A DNA stretch of 64,000 bases from the NCBI GenBank assembly GCA_002167285.1, contig NHDG01000067.1, positions 88,153 to 152,152 on the forward strand. The letters are read 5' to 3'. Numbering within the stretch: position 1 is the first letter of the stretch; each line of letters begins with the position of its first letter. The translations under genes were made by a program, and so were the position numbers. The DNA comes from Planctomycetia bacterium TMED53. Its GTDB lineage: Bacteria > Planctomycetota > UBA8108 > UBA1146. Below the pieces are notes generated by a model, which did not search any database, was not told the DNA's origin, and was given only the letters and a program-made list of their open reading frames with translations. Below, one piece after another: positions 28,068 to 37,334 of this stretch.

Positions 28068-28946
28068 TCAATCCTCGGAGGATTTATCTCCTCCGAGGAG
28101 ATCTTTTAAGCCACTGGGAAGTCGATCCTCCAGTACCTTTTTGACCTGCCCCTTCACGCGATCCTTGACGATATCGGAGACGCCCTCTTCAGACCAACTG
28201 CGAAGCATCAGCAAAAAGGCTTCCCGCTCCCCTTTTGACATCTGCCACTTCTCACTGGCAACCTCTAGAGCGTTCAATGCTCTACCGATCAATAAATCAA
28301 GCACTTCACGATATAGCTCGCCAACATTCGTCGTTTGCTCCGATTGGAGATTGGCTTCGGGGGTGAAGATCATCGCCGGAATCGTCAATGAAATTGATTC
28401 AGTTTTCCCACCCGGTAGTCGAATCTGTCCAACCAATCTGGAGTCAGTAATCGACAATTTTGATAACTCCACCAGAGGTCCTCCCTCTGAAGACTGTTCA
28501 TTCTCTTTATCATTCTTCTTTGGGAGCTGATCTTTAATTTTTCGATACGCCTCAAGTAGGTTCAATTTTAATCCATTCGATCCTAATGAAGCATCAATGG
28601 TCAGCTGTACGCCATCCAATAAAAGCTCTACTTGCTGAGGAGCTTCGGAGAAAATCGAACTCAAATCCAAATAGATGATCGCAGTATCAATACTGACAAG
28701 CTCACCTTCACCGAAACTAGACGGGCTTTTCAGATTCAGATTTTCAACTCGTAGCTTTTCGAGGCCTGGGATTTTGACCTTACTCACGGAAGTCGACCCT
28801 TGGCCTAACACGTAATCCCCCCCGAAGACGAGGGTCCTCTCGATAGCTATTGGCATACTCATCACTACGACACCAATCAAAACTAAGCATGAAAGGAGCA
28901 AAATCACCAAGATTTTGACAGATGGCTTTTTTAGCCAGCTACCCAT
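28068..28946 (-). CDS. Membrane-anchored hypothetical protein, AsmA-like N-terminal region
   Basis: N-terminal TM, beta-rich segment LRVENLNLKSP..F...LVSID; RBS AAGGAG before ATG 28946. Confidence 0.65.
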   Translation of the reverse strand: MGSWLKKPSVKILVILLLSCLVLIGVVVMSMPIAIERTLVFGGDYVLGQGSTSVSKVKIPGLEKLRVENLNLKSPSSFGEGELVSIDTAIIYLDLSSIFSEAPQQVELLLDGVQLTIDASLGSNGLKLNLLEAYRKIKDQLPKKNDKENEQSSEGGPLVELSKLSITDSRLVGQIRLPGGKTESISLTIPAMIFTPEANLQSEQTTNVGELYREVLDLLIGRALNALEVASEKWQMSKGEREAFLLMLRSWSEEGVSDIVKDRVKGQVKKVLEDRLPSGLKDLLGGDKSSED

Positions 28947-29132
28947 ATCGATCTCCTTACCGCTCGTTTTCACTGGAGTTCAAATTGAAGAGCACTAAAG
29001 TCAGCCCATCAACCCTGCTAAATGCAGTTCTTTGCAAATCTCGAATTCAAGTGCTCATCATCTTCATAACGCCTGCTGCAGCAATGCATTCATTTTTCCT
29101 CAGGTATCACCGACGTAGAAAGAAGTCGTCGA

Positions 29133-29999
29133 TCAATCCTTAATAAGTTCCAAAGCCTTGAGAACAGTCTCTCGATCTTTATCAGAGAGATCCCAACCGG
29201 CGACAGCATCTCGAATCTCATCGACAGAGTTTTGAATGATGCCCATCAAGATGTAACAAAAATATTGCTCGACAGTGGCAAGATCCTGGATGTGAGGCGC
29301 ACGGACACTACCTCCGTTGGTTTTTGCATCATGAACTGCATTAGTTTTCCAAATTCGCTGGGTATTCTTCTCTCGCCATAATGGAGATATCTCAGGCAAC
29401 TCCATGTCGAGCTCACCCACCCAACTATTGATTTTAAAATCGCCACCAACGAGCCGATATTTTTCGACAAACGGCGAGTACATCTTAATGACAGGACTTT
29501 CAGGAAGCGGACGATCCATTTTCACACCAGAAGCAATCTGCTCTAACCTCAGTTTTAGATGACGATAAATATCGACGAGATTGACTCTCATATCTTCACC
29601 GCTACCGAGAACCGTGACATTCACAGTGCAATTCTTAAAGAAAGTCTGAATATCAATACGTCCCTCCAACAGGCTTTCAACTTTGTAAGAAACCTGTAAC
29701 TGGCCGACCTCAAGCCAGTTCTTCACCTCTGAATATTCACCAGGGTTTGAGATCGAGAACCCCCATAGCATGAGAATCTCATACAAACCCTGATCTACAT
29801 TTGGCAAGTAAGTGGCAGATTCGATTTGAGTACTTCCATCTGAAAAGATGGCGTTCCCAGTAGTCAGAACCAGATCAGTGATTTTTGAGGGCGCATTTTT
29901 TTGAAAACTTTTGTACTCCCCGATTAATACTGCAATCAAGCCACCCACTATCAAAAGCAGTGAAATCAAAAGAATCAAAAATTTTCTGTTCAACATCAT
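29133..29999 (-). CDS. Membrane-anchored hypothetical protein, distant paralog of the downstream gene
   Basis: N-terminal TM; GFSISNPGEYS, VNLVDIYRHLK (cf. LNLLEAYRKIK), WDLSDKDRE (cf. WQMSKGERE). Confidence 0.65.
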   Translation of the reverse strand: MMLNRKFLILLISLLLIVGGLIAVLIGEYKSFQKNAPSKITDLVLTTGNAIFSDGSTQIESATYLPNVDQGLYEILMLWGFSISNPGEYSEVKNWLEVGQLQVSYKVESLLEGRIDIQTFFKNCTVNVTVLGSGEDMRVNLVDIYRHLKLRLEQIASGVKMDRPLPESPVIKMYSPFVEKYRLVGGDFKINSWVGELDMELPEISPLWREKNTQRIWKTNAVHDAKTNGGSVRAPHIQDLATVEQYFCYILMGIIQNSVDEIRDAVAGWDLSDKDRETVLKALELIKD

Positions 30000-30207
30000 G
30001 GTCGAATCTCATTCTTATCACGCCAGAACTTTTAAGAGCATTCCTTCGTAGTTCTTCACGAATCATAAATCCGAAATCAGGGAACAGCAGGCCATACAGC
30101 ATTGCCCCCATTGCTCACAAACTATTTTCATGAATAAAATAAGGGAGACAAGGATCACCTGCCGTATTCTAGAGAAGGCTTCAGAAATCATTCCTTGATG
30201 GGGTTCA

Positions 30208-30552
30208 ATGAAATCAGACAAGAACTATGCCGTAGCGGTCATCTTATCGATGATCTTTGGAGTTTTTGGTATCCAGCACTTCTATCTGGGTCGCTGGTTT
30301 CTTGGTCTTTTTGATTTGAGTCTTTCGATTTGCGCGATCTATCACTTCGCCATTGGAAAACCGGGCTTAGCCCTGCTCTTTTTTGCTACCGACTTTATTC
30401 ACACAACCATCGTCACCATCGAGTTGTTCACCGGCAAATTCAAAGATGGGAAAGGTCGGTTCGTCTGTTACCCTGGACAGAAGCTGAAAGGTCAAGAAGA
30501 TGAATCGTTCCCGTTACAAGGTCAAGAAGATGAATCGTTCCCGTTACAGTGA
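30208..30552 (+). CDS. TM2 domain protein
   Basis: AVILSMIFGVFGIQHFYLG, GKFKDGKG. Confidence 0.85.
   Translation: MKSDKNYAVAVILSMIFGVFGIQHFYLGRWFLGLFDLSLSICAIYHFAIGKPGLALLFFATDFIHTTIVTIELFTGKFKDGKGRFVCYPGQKLKGQEDESFPLQGQEDESFPLQ
30488..30547. repeat. Perfect 30-bp tandem duplication at the TM2 gene overlap
   Basis: AAGGTCAAGAAGATGAATCGTTCCCGTTAC x2. Confidence 0.95.
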
Positions 30553-30967
30553 TTGTGGATTTGTACCTACAGCATTATTGGCGATGTTCTTGGGTAGCTT
30601 TGGAATCCACCGTTTTTACGTTGGAAAAGTAGGTACAGGAATTTTGATGCTGTTTACCTTCGGCGGCTATGGGATTTGGACACTGATCGATTACATCATC
30701 GTTTTGACCGATGGCTTCACCGATTCAGAAGGCCGGGTTATCAGCCGAAATCAACAAATCCAACCTGAGAGCGACTGTAACTTCATACCCGCTTTTTTCC
30801 TCTGTGCTTTCCTTGGCTTGCTTGGAGCCCACCGCTTTTATACCGGCAAGTACCTGACCGCTATTCTGATGATCATCACCTTCGGGGGTCTCGGAATCTG
30901 GATTCTCATCGACAGTGTGATGCTCATCACAGGAGGCTTCCACGATAGTGAGGGCAAGCTCGTCTAG
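30500..30967 (+). CDS. Tandem (double) TM2 domain protein; start 30500 or 30530
   Basis: FLGSFGIHRFYVGK...GFTDSEG and FLGLLGAHRFYTGK...GFHDSEG. Confidence 0.9.
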   Translation: MNRSRYKVKKMNRSRYSDCGFVPTALLAMFLGSFGIHRFYVGKVGTGILMLFTFGGYGIWTLIDYIIVLTDGFTDSEGRVISRNQQIQPESDCNFIPAFFLCAFLGLLGAHRFYTGKYLTAILMIITFGGLGIWILIDSVMLITGGFHDSEGKLV

Positions 30968-31309
30968 CAGCTGTCAGGGCTCTTCATCCACTCCCGAGGG
31001 GCCCTGCAGCCCTCCGTTCGCAGATTTTCGTCTAATTTATTTCTGTGGGCATCACAGCGGAGATTCCCTCGATATCCCTGTCAGGGGGGCAGGACTTGCC
31101 AGGTGTCCTCTGCCTTGGCCGTCACATTTCCCAAAGAAACCGTTCAATCTTCCCAGTAAACGGGACAAATCCATTCGAAAAAGTTAAGGTCTATAGCAGT
31201 GACCTTTGTGTGAGGAGCGGTTTTCTACTGAAACCCCCTCGCCAACCGGCGGACGCTTCTGTCCCGGTTTTGGCAACAGGGGATCCAGTGACGTTCAACG
31301 TGAGAGACA

Positions 31310-33106
31310 GTGATGGAAACGATCGATCCCTTTGCCCAGGTTCCGGCCCCTCTGCGTGCAGCCATCGAGGCCCGCGGTTTTGAAAAACTGACCTCGGTTC
31401 AGGAAGCTGTGCTCTCCGCCGAAGGAGAAGGCCGCAACCTACGCATCTCGTCGCAAACCGGATCCGGTAAAACCCTCGCCCTCGGCCTTCGCCTCGCTTC
31501 CGATCTGATTCCGCAAGACGGTCAATTTCTTCCACCGGCAGATGGACCTCGCGCCCTGCTGATCACCCCCACCCGAGAATTGGCGGTGCAGGTGGCAGAA
31601 GAATTGCGCTGGTTGCTGGCGCAGGTTCCCGGAGTCACCGTCGAAGTGGTGACCGGCGGATCTGATCCGGTCCGTGAGAAACGCGCCCTGAAAAAATCTC
31701 CGGCGGTGCTGGTCGGTACCCCCGGCCGTCTCCTCGATCACATTCGAACCGGTAACCTGCGCTGCAGTTCCATCCGCCAGGTGGTCCTCGACGAAGCGGA
31801 CCAGATGCTCGACATGGGATTCCGTGAAGAGCTGGAAGCCATCCTCGAAAACCTGCCCCAGGAACGCTACAGCCATCTGGTCTCCGCGACCTTCCCGCAG
31901 GCGGTGAAGAAACTCGCCGATGGTTTTCAGAAGAACCCGCTCATCGTCGAGGGCACTCGTCTTGGGGAAGCCAATGCGGATATCCAGCACATTGCCCATC
32001 TGATCCGCCCCCGTGAACTGGAACGCGCTCTGACCAACGTGCTGCTCCACTCCGAGGGAGAACGGGTCCTGATCTTTGTCCGCCGTCGAGTGGACGCCGC
32101 CGATCTGACGGAACGCCTGTCCGCCAAGGGTCTTGCCGCCGCGCCTTTCAGCGGGGAATTGACTCAGGCGCAAAGAACCCGCACTCTCAATGCCTTCCGT
32201 CATGGTGAGCAGAAGATTCTTATCGCCACTGACGTGGCGGCCCGCGGCATCGACATTCCGGGAATCGGCATGGTCATCCATGCGGATATCCCCACCGATG
32301 TCGAGAACTACACCCACCGCAGTGGGCGTACCGGTCGTGCCGGCCAAAAGGGACGCAGCATCCTCATGGTGCCGCTGCACCTTCAGGGAAGAGTGCGCCG
32401 GGTTCTTTCCCAAGCCGGAGTCGAGCCCCAGTGGCAACCGATCCCGAGCCGGGCGCAAATTGAGAAGCGCCACACCAAATTGTTCCGCCGGGATCTGCAC
32501 GCACAACTCGCCGAGCCGGATGAGGTCAGCGAGAAACAGAAGTCCTATGCCAAGTTCCTGCTCGAACAGCCTGAAGGCCGCACACCCGAAGAGATCATCG
32601 CAGCCCTGCTGCAAATGGCCGAGCCCGCACCTTCCAACCGCGGCTACGATCTGGAAAAAATCACTGAAAAACCGGGACGTCACTCCGACCAAAGAAGGCC
32701 CCATGACCGTCGATCGCAGGATCGTCGCAACCACTTCGAGGATCAGGGACTGCGCAAGCGTGATCTCTCCGGATCCTTTGATGTCTTTGAAATCAATTGG
32801 GGCTTCCACAACGGCGGCAACGCCAGCCGCATCCTTTCCCACGTCTGTCGCCGGGGAAAGATCAACCGCGCCGCCATCGGCCAGATCAGTGTCGGTGCGA
32901 AGGCCAGCGTCTTCGAAGTTTCCGACACCGTCTCACAGGAGTTTGCCCAGGCGTGCCAGCGTCAGGATTCCCGTGACCCCGATCTGATCATCCAACGTAG
33001 TCAGAAGACCCTGGCCCCAAGAAGCCCCCGTCGCCCGAAATCAGACCGTGGCAAAGGCCGTCACTCCTTCGGCAACCGCCCCAAAACCGGAACCGGCCGT
33101 CGCTGA
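31310..33106 (+). CDS. deaD: DEAD-box RNA helicase (DeaD/CsdA-like with DbpA-type RNA-binding domain)
   Basis: SQTGSGKT, PTRELA, TPGRL, LDEAD, SAT, ARGID, HRSGRTGRAG. Confidence 0.93.
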   Translation: MMETIDPFAQVPAPLRAAIEARGFEKLTSVQEAVLSAEGEGRNLRISSQTGSGKTLALGLRLASDLIPQDGQFLPPADGPRALLITPTRELAVQVAEELRWLLAQVPGVTVEVVTGGSDPVREKRALKKSPAVLVGTPGRLLDHIRTGNLRCSSIRQVVLDEADQMLDMGFREELEAILENLPQERYSHLVSATFPQAVKKLADGFQKNPLIVEGTRLGEANADIQHIAHLIRPRELERALTNVLLHSEGERVLIFVRRRVDAADLTERLSAKGLAAAPFSGELTQAQRTRTLNAFRHGEQKILIATDVAARGIDIPGIGMVIHADIPTDVENYTHRSGRTGRAGQKGRSILMVPLHLQGRVRRVLSQAGVEPQWQPIPSRAQIEKRHTKLFRRDLHAQLAEPDEVSEKQKSYAKFLLEQPEGRTPEEIIAALLQMAEPAPSNRGYDLEKITEKPGRHSDQRRPHDRRSQDRRNHFEDQGLRKRDLSGSFDVFEINWGFHNGGNASRILSHVCRRGKINRAAIGQISVGAKASVFEVSDTVSQEFAQACQRQDSRDPDLIIQRSQKTLAPRSPRRPKSDRGKGRHSFGNRPKTGTGRR

Positions 33107-33121
33107 GACACCCACCGATAC

Positions 33122-33164
33122 AAAAGCGTCGGCATTGGGACGGTTGAGTCTCAATACCGACGTT
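33122..33164. terminator. Hairpin between the convergent helicase and rpoN genes, probable bidirectional terminator
   Basis: CGTCGGCATTGGGAC-GGTTGA-GTCTCAATACCGACG; T-tract on the minus strand. Confidence 0.65.
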
Positions 33165-33199
33165 AAGTGATTGAATCACAGTTACTTTTATTGTTTCAA

Positions 33200-34603
33200 C
33201 TAACCCTTGTAACGTTTACGCAACTTCGCTTGGGGAATGCCGGCGCGTTCGCGGTATTTGCTGACAGTGCGGCGGGCAATTTTGACACCTAGGTTGGCCA
33301 GCTTCTTGGCGAGCTGGGTATCGCTCAGCGGATAAGCAGGATCTTCGGCATCGATGATGTCGCGGATCGCTTCACAGATGCTTTCGCGGCTTTCGACCCC
33401 GCCATCCTCACGCTCGACCCCTCCGGTGAAGAGACGACGCAGCTCTATGACTCCGTGAGGGGTTTGCATGTACTTGCCATTGGCGGAACGACTGACGGTC
33501 GAGATGTGTACACCGGTGGCATCCGCCACTTCCTGCATCGTCAATGCCTGAATTCTCGAAGGGCCATGACGGAAGAAGTCTTCCTGCCGCTCGATGACGG
33601 TCTGGGCGATGTCGATGAGAGTACGACGACGCAGTTCCACCGAATGGATCAACGCACGGGCACCCTCGACGCGGGTTTTGATGTACTCCTCGACCTCCGG
33701 CTTCAGCTGCGGCTCTTCAAGCATCGCTGAACAGGCGGAAGAGATACGCAGGTCGGGCAGACGATCACTGGCAAGTCGGGCGACAAACTTGTCACCAACT
33801 TCATCGACAGCGATCTCTGGCACGATGCCGTGGTGACCACGATCGGCGAAGGCGGATCCGGGGGCGGGATCGAGCTGGCGAATCACATCACACGCTTCTT
33901 GAACCTCTTCCATCGAGACTTCCAGCTTGTCAGCCATCTTTGGCAGGGCATTGGCGAGGAGATCTTCAAGGCACTCATCGATGATGCGGTACTCGGTGCT
34001 GCCGACGACACTGTTCAATTGCAACAGCAGACAATCGGCGAGATTCATCGCTCCTACCCCTGGAGGATCGAGGCGACGTACCACTTCGAGTGCGCGAGCC
34101 AAAACCGGTTCCGATTTGTTGGTGCAGCGGGCGAGATCGGACACATCGCCGATGAACCAACCCCGATCATCGAGATTGGCGCAGACGATTTCGCACGCTT
34201 TGCGCAATGAGGGATCGAGTTCGAGCATCTGTAACTGACGCACCAGGAACGCCTCGAGAGACTCGGGACGATCGACGGTGTTCATCAGTGCTTCATGTTT
34301 GGCATCGGAGGCTTCCGAAGAACCCACCTGACGGCGTTCGCCGGTGGCGGGGCGCTCCCAGTTATCGACGATCTCCATCAGACGACGGGTTTCATCATCC
34401 ACTTTCTCGGAAGAGGATTCTGTGGGTTCGTCCGCTGTGAAGGTCGGTTTTTCAACCAGCTCCAAAGCGGGGTTCTCGGTGAACTCCTTCTGGATGCGCG
34501 CTTCCAGATCGGTCACACCTAATTGCAAGATGTCCATCGACAGGATGAGCTGTGGAGTCAGAGTCTGTTGTTGCTCGAGTCGTCCTGAAACCTGAAGACG
34601 CAC
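33200..34603 (-). CDS. rpoN: RNA polymerase sigma-54 factor
   Basis: N-terminal Q/L-rich region, ENPALE, HISTVSR, RpoN box ARRTVSKYRE. Confidence 0.97.
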   Translation of the reverse strand: MRLQVSGRLEQQQTLTPQLILSMDILQLGVTDLEARIQKEFTENPALELVEKPTFTADEPTESSSEKVDDETRRLMEIVDNWERPATGERRQVGSSEASDAKHEALMNTVDRPESLEAFLVRQLQMLELDPSLRKACEIVCANLDDRGWFIGDVSDLARCTNKSEPVLARALEVVRRLDPPGVGAMNLADCLLLQLNSVVGSTEYRIIDECLEDLLANALPKMADKLEVSMEEVQEACDVIRQLDPAPGSAFADRGHHGIVPEIAVDEVGDKFVARLASDRLPDLRISSACSAMLEEPQLKPEVEEYIKTRVEGARALIHSVELRRRTLIDIAQTVIERQEDFFRHGPSRIQALTMQEVADATGVHISTVSRSANGKYMQTPHGVIELRRLFTGGVEREDGGVESRESICEAIRDIIDAEDPAYPLSDTQLAKKLANLGVKIARRTVSKYRERAGIPQAKLRKRYKG

Positions 34604-34728
34604 ACGTCCCCCTCTCGGATCCGACTGGCGGATCGGGTGGTTCTTGAACTCTTGCGAGAGACGTGGTGTGGATGAAGAGGCGTAAAAGCCTCCACTCGCA
34701 GACTAATTTTCTTGGCTTCCCGATCGGG

Positions 34729-34974
34729 CTAAAGCGCGGTCCCGCCCATCGGATTCCCAGTAGCGGGATCGATAAAGACGCGATCGAGCCTGCGCTCGAC
34801 GTACAGGTTGCCGTCATCCGGAGCAAAAAAGATCCTTTGTCCCGAAGCGAGAGCTTCCACCAGTTGCTGATGCATCCGTGGACGTTCTCTCTCCAGTTGT
34901 CCGGAGAGCACGAGTCGACGAGCCTCCCACGAAAAATCGTAGGCGTGATCGAATTCGTGCACCCGAACCTCCAT
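34729..34974 (-). CDS. Small hypothetical protein between P-II and rpoN
   Basis: 81-aa ORF co-oriented with its neighbours, protein-like composition; start 34974 or 34986. Confidence 0.55.
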   Translation of the reverse strand: MEVRVHEFDHAYDFSWEARRLVLSGQLERERPRMHQQLVEALASGQRIFFAPDDGNLYVERRLDRVFIDPATGNPMGGTAL

Positions 34975-35113
34975 CCCCGGGGCCAAGGCCCCTACAGATC
35001 TATTCAGTCCGGCGAGTCATAGTGGCGGCAGCGGGCACGGCAGTTGCCAGAAAGCCCGATTTACCGGATCCACTTCAGACCCGCTGAAGACTACCTTTCT
35101 CCGGCCGGAGGCG

Positions 35114-35425
35114 TCAAACCCTGCCAGAATCGATTCCAGCGATCAGGAAAATCTTACCGTCACCGATACGGCCGGTCCGACCTTCACGCATCACCGTATT
35201 CACAACTTCTTCGACGTGATCCTCCTCAACGAGGACTTCTAGGCGGATTTTAGGCAGGAAATCCATGCCGGCGTCATCCCCCGAATAACTTTCCAAATGA
35301 TCTTTTTGCATGCCATAACCGCGAACTTCTTGGGCGGTAATCAGTGCAATTCCGGAACATGCCCCCAAGGCTTTTCGGGTCTGCGCCAGTCGATACGGCC
35401 GGAGGATGGCGACGAGGCGATTCAT
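35114..35425 (-). CDS. P-II family signal transduction protein, non-canonical
   Basis: AILRP, EVRGYG.QK, DFLPK, RTGRIGDGKIF; ATGA overlap with the STAS gene. Confidence 0.92.
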   Translation of the reverse strand: MNRLVAILRPYRLAQTRKALGACSGIALITAQEVRGYGMQKDHLESYSGDDAGMDFLPKIRLEVLVEEDHVEEVVNTVMREGRTGRIGDGKIFLIAGIDSGRV

Positions 35426-35757
35426 TCTCCCTGGCCAGCTCCATCGCTGATTTCCTGCCATAGATCCTGCTCCTCGAGGAGTTCACGTAACTCCCGGGGA
35501 GGACCATCGACACGAAAAGAGATATCTCGATCACGGGCTTCCCGTGCCAAAGCAACGATCCCCAACGCACCTGTCAGATCGACATCGGTGAGTGATCCGA
35601 GCCGCATTTCCAAGGAGCGAGCTTCGCCGATCGCCTCGAAGCCGACATGGGCCAACTGTTCGACATTACCCGCATCGAGAACACCACGGATTTCGATGAT
35701 TTGCAGATCGCCTTCATTTTTTCTGTCTACCAGCAGTTCGCCACTCATCGGTGTCAC
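35422..35757 (-). CDS. STAS domain protein (anti-sigma-factor antagonist-like)
   Basis: IIEIRGVLDAG, LTDVDLTG, PRELRELL; overlaps both neighbours by 4 bp. Confidence 0.8.
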   Translation of the reverse strand: MTPMSGELLVDRKNEGDLQIIEIRGVLDAGNVEQLAHVGFEAIGEARSLEMRLGSLTDVDLTGALGIVALAREARDRDISFRVDGPPRELRELLEEQDLWQEISDGAGQGE

Positions 35758-37334
35758 TCCCGTCTTGCAATCACCAAGGTAATATCATCGGTCGGTTCCG
35801 CGCCCGCCACATGTGCTTCCAAATCGGCCAACACGCCATCGACTAAAGATTGGGGATCTGAAGAATTCAAATTCTGCAGCACTCTAGCAAAGGCCTCGAG
35901 GCCATATTCTACACCACTGTCATTCATCGCTTCCACGATTCCGTCGGTGTAGAGGATCAAAGCATCTCCCCGCTCCAACTGGACGTCACTTATTTCCAGA
36001 GCTTGCTGAAAAACCGGGCCGCCATCGATCCCGAGGGCGATCCCCCCTGGTTGAAACTGCTCGACTCTGCCATTTGCTCGCAGGATCAAAGGCGGATTAT
36101 GTCCTGCTCGGGCGATCCGTACTCTTCCACGGTCAGCGACGATCTCTGCCCAAGCCAGTGTGACAAACATCCCGTCCGTCATATCTTTGGACAAACTCGC
36201 ATTGATACTTTCCAGCATCGATTGGGCATCGGGGTGAATCCGTGCAGCCATGCGAACCAGACTTCGAGTCATCGTCATCACCAAACTGCCCGCGAGGCCC
36301 TTACCCGATACATCCGCAACGACGATTCCCGCACGATCTCCTGCGAGGGGAACCACATCGTAGTAATCGCCACCGACCTCTTTCGCTGACTGATAATAAT
36401 GGGCGATTTCGATTCCAGAGATTTCGGGAAGCTCTCGGGGTAACAGCGCATTCTGGATTCCACTGGCGATATTGAGGTCGCGGGCAACTGCTTGAGCTTG
36501 CATCTCCTGTTCCCGGGCTTCCGCCAGAAAACGGGTCATACGGTTAAAGGATGACGCGAGAGAACCCAGCTCGTCCGTCGTTCGTACCTGGGATTGGTGA
36601 TCGAGATTTCCTCTGGCCACCATCGCCATATCTTCACGCAAGCGGCGCACCGGCCTCGTCAGCAAAAATCCGACGACCAAAACCAATGGAATACCGATCA
36701 ACAATGCTGACCAAACCAGTTTATTGGTGGAGCTTTGAAGCTCTTCTTCGAGTGCGGCAATAGATCGAGCACTGAGAAGTAACTGCACAGACCCTGCTCC
36801 TCCTGGAAGCTTCTTTTCAAAGGAACGGATCGGCACCACCCCATCGGAACCTGAGACATCTCCTTCCAGAACCACTACTCCATCCGCGGAGCCAGAATTG
36901 AGGTTGCCTGATTCAAGGCGAAACTTCAGTCGATCTCCACCGCGGGCACTGGCGATCAATCTGGTACCGGTGCCATCGAGGACCAGCAGATCGAGAACTG
37001 GCGTATCGCCACCCTGCTGCAGGAACCCGGCGAGACGATTTTCAAGTTTCAGTTGCGAGCTTTCACGCTCCTCGAAGGGCATCTCTGTACGAGTCCAGAA
37101 GGGGTCCACGAAAGAATGCGCCAACTTGACCAACTCAAGGCCATTTTGGTGAAGCAGTCGAGAGGTCGAATCGAGGGAAGAAGTGGTCAAAGAATTGGAA
37201 ACCCCGATGACGAAGGCGAGAAGAATCAATCCCGCCACAACCCCGTATTTGACGGAGATGGGAAAGATCTGCTTGGGAGGCCGCTCACCGGAGCGCCCTC
37301 CTCGATTTCGAATCTTTGCGGATGTCAGGGCCAA
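35754..37334 (-). CDS. Membrane sensor PP2C/SpoIIE phosphatase with HAMP domain (start uncertain; TTG 37334 has RBS GGAGG)
   Basis: Two TMs, HAMP DELGSLASSFNRM, EVGGDYYD, ADVSGKG, AGHNPP, YTDG, DDIT. Confidence 0.92.
   Translation of the reverse strand: MALTSAKIRNRGGRSGERPPKQIFPISVKYGVVAGLILLAFVIGVSNSLTTSSLDSTSRLLHQNGLELVKLAHSFVDPFWTRTEMPFEERESSQLKLENRLAGFLQQGGDTPVLDLLVLDGTGTRLIASARGGDRLKFRLESGNLNSGSADGVVVLEGDVSGSDGVVPIRSFEKKLPGGAGSVQLLLSARSIAALEEELQSSTNKLVWSALLIGIPLVLVVGFLLTRPVRRLREDMAMVARGNLDHQSQVRTTDELGSLASSFNRMTRFLAEAREQEMQAQAVARDLNIASGIQNALLPRELPEISGIEIAHYYQSAKEVGGDYYDVVPLAGDRAGIVVADVSGKGLAGSLVMTMTRSLVRMAARIHPDAQSMLESINASLSKDMTDGMFVTLAWAEIVADRGRVRIARAGHNPPLILRANGRVEQFQPGGIALGIDGGPVFQQALEISDVQLERGDALILYTDGIVEAMNDSGVEYGLEAFARVLQNLNSSDPQSLVDGVLADLEAHVAGAEPTDDITLVIARRE

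Noticed and set aside
31439-32842. 467-aa antisense ORF (also 39624-40625, 24664-25368 and 21045-21779)
   Set aside because: Shadow ORFs opposite well-supported genes, explained by GC-rich codon usage; no recognisable motifs
34987-35075. Upstream in-frame extension CPLPPL-TGA-LAGL...LAPG resembling a TusA/SirA-type selenoprotein
   Set aside because: The UGA is not at the catalytic Cys position, spacing to APG is three residues too long, there is no good start and the rest of the ORF is unlike TusA
35075-35116. Selenocysteine read-through of the P-II stop (RV-TGA-RLRPEKG, faintly like RIRTGE, with a downstream hairpin)
   Set aside because: No Cys is known at this P-II position, the alignment needs a gap, and short P-II variants ending soon after GKIF are plausible; kept only as a truncated P-II
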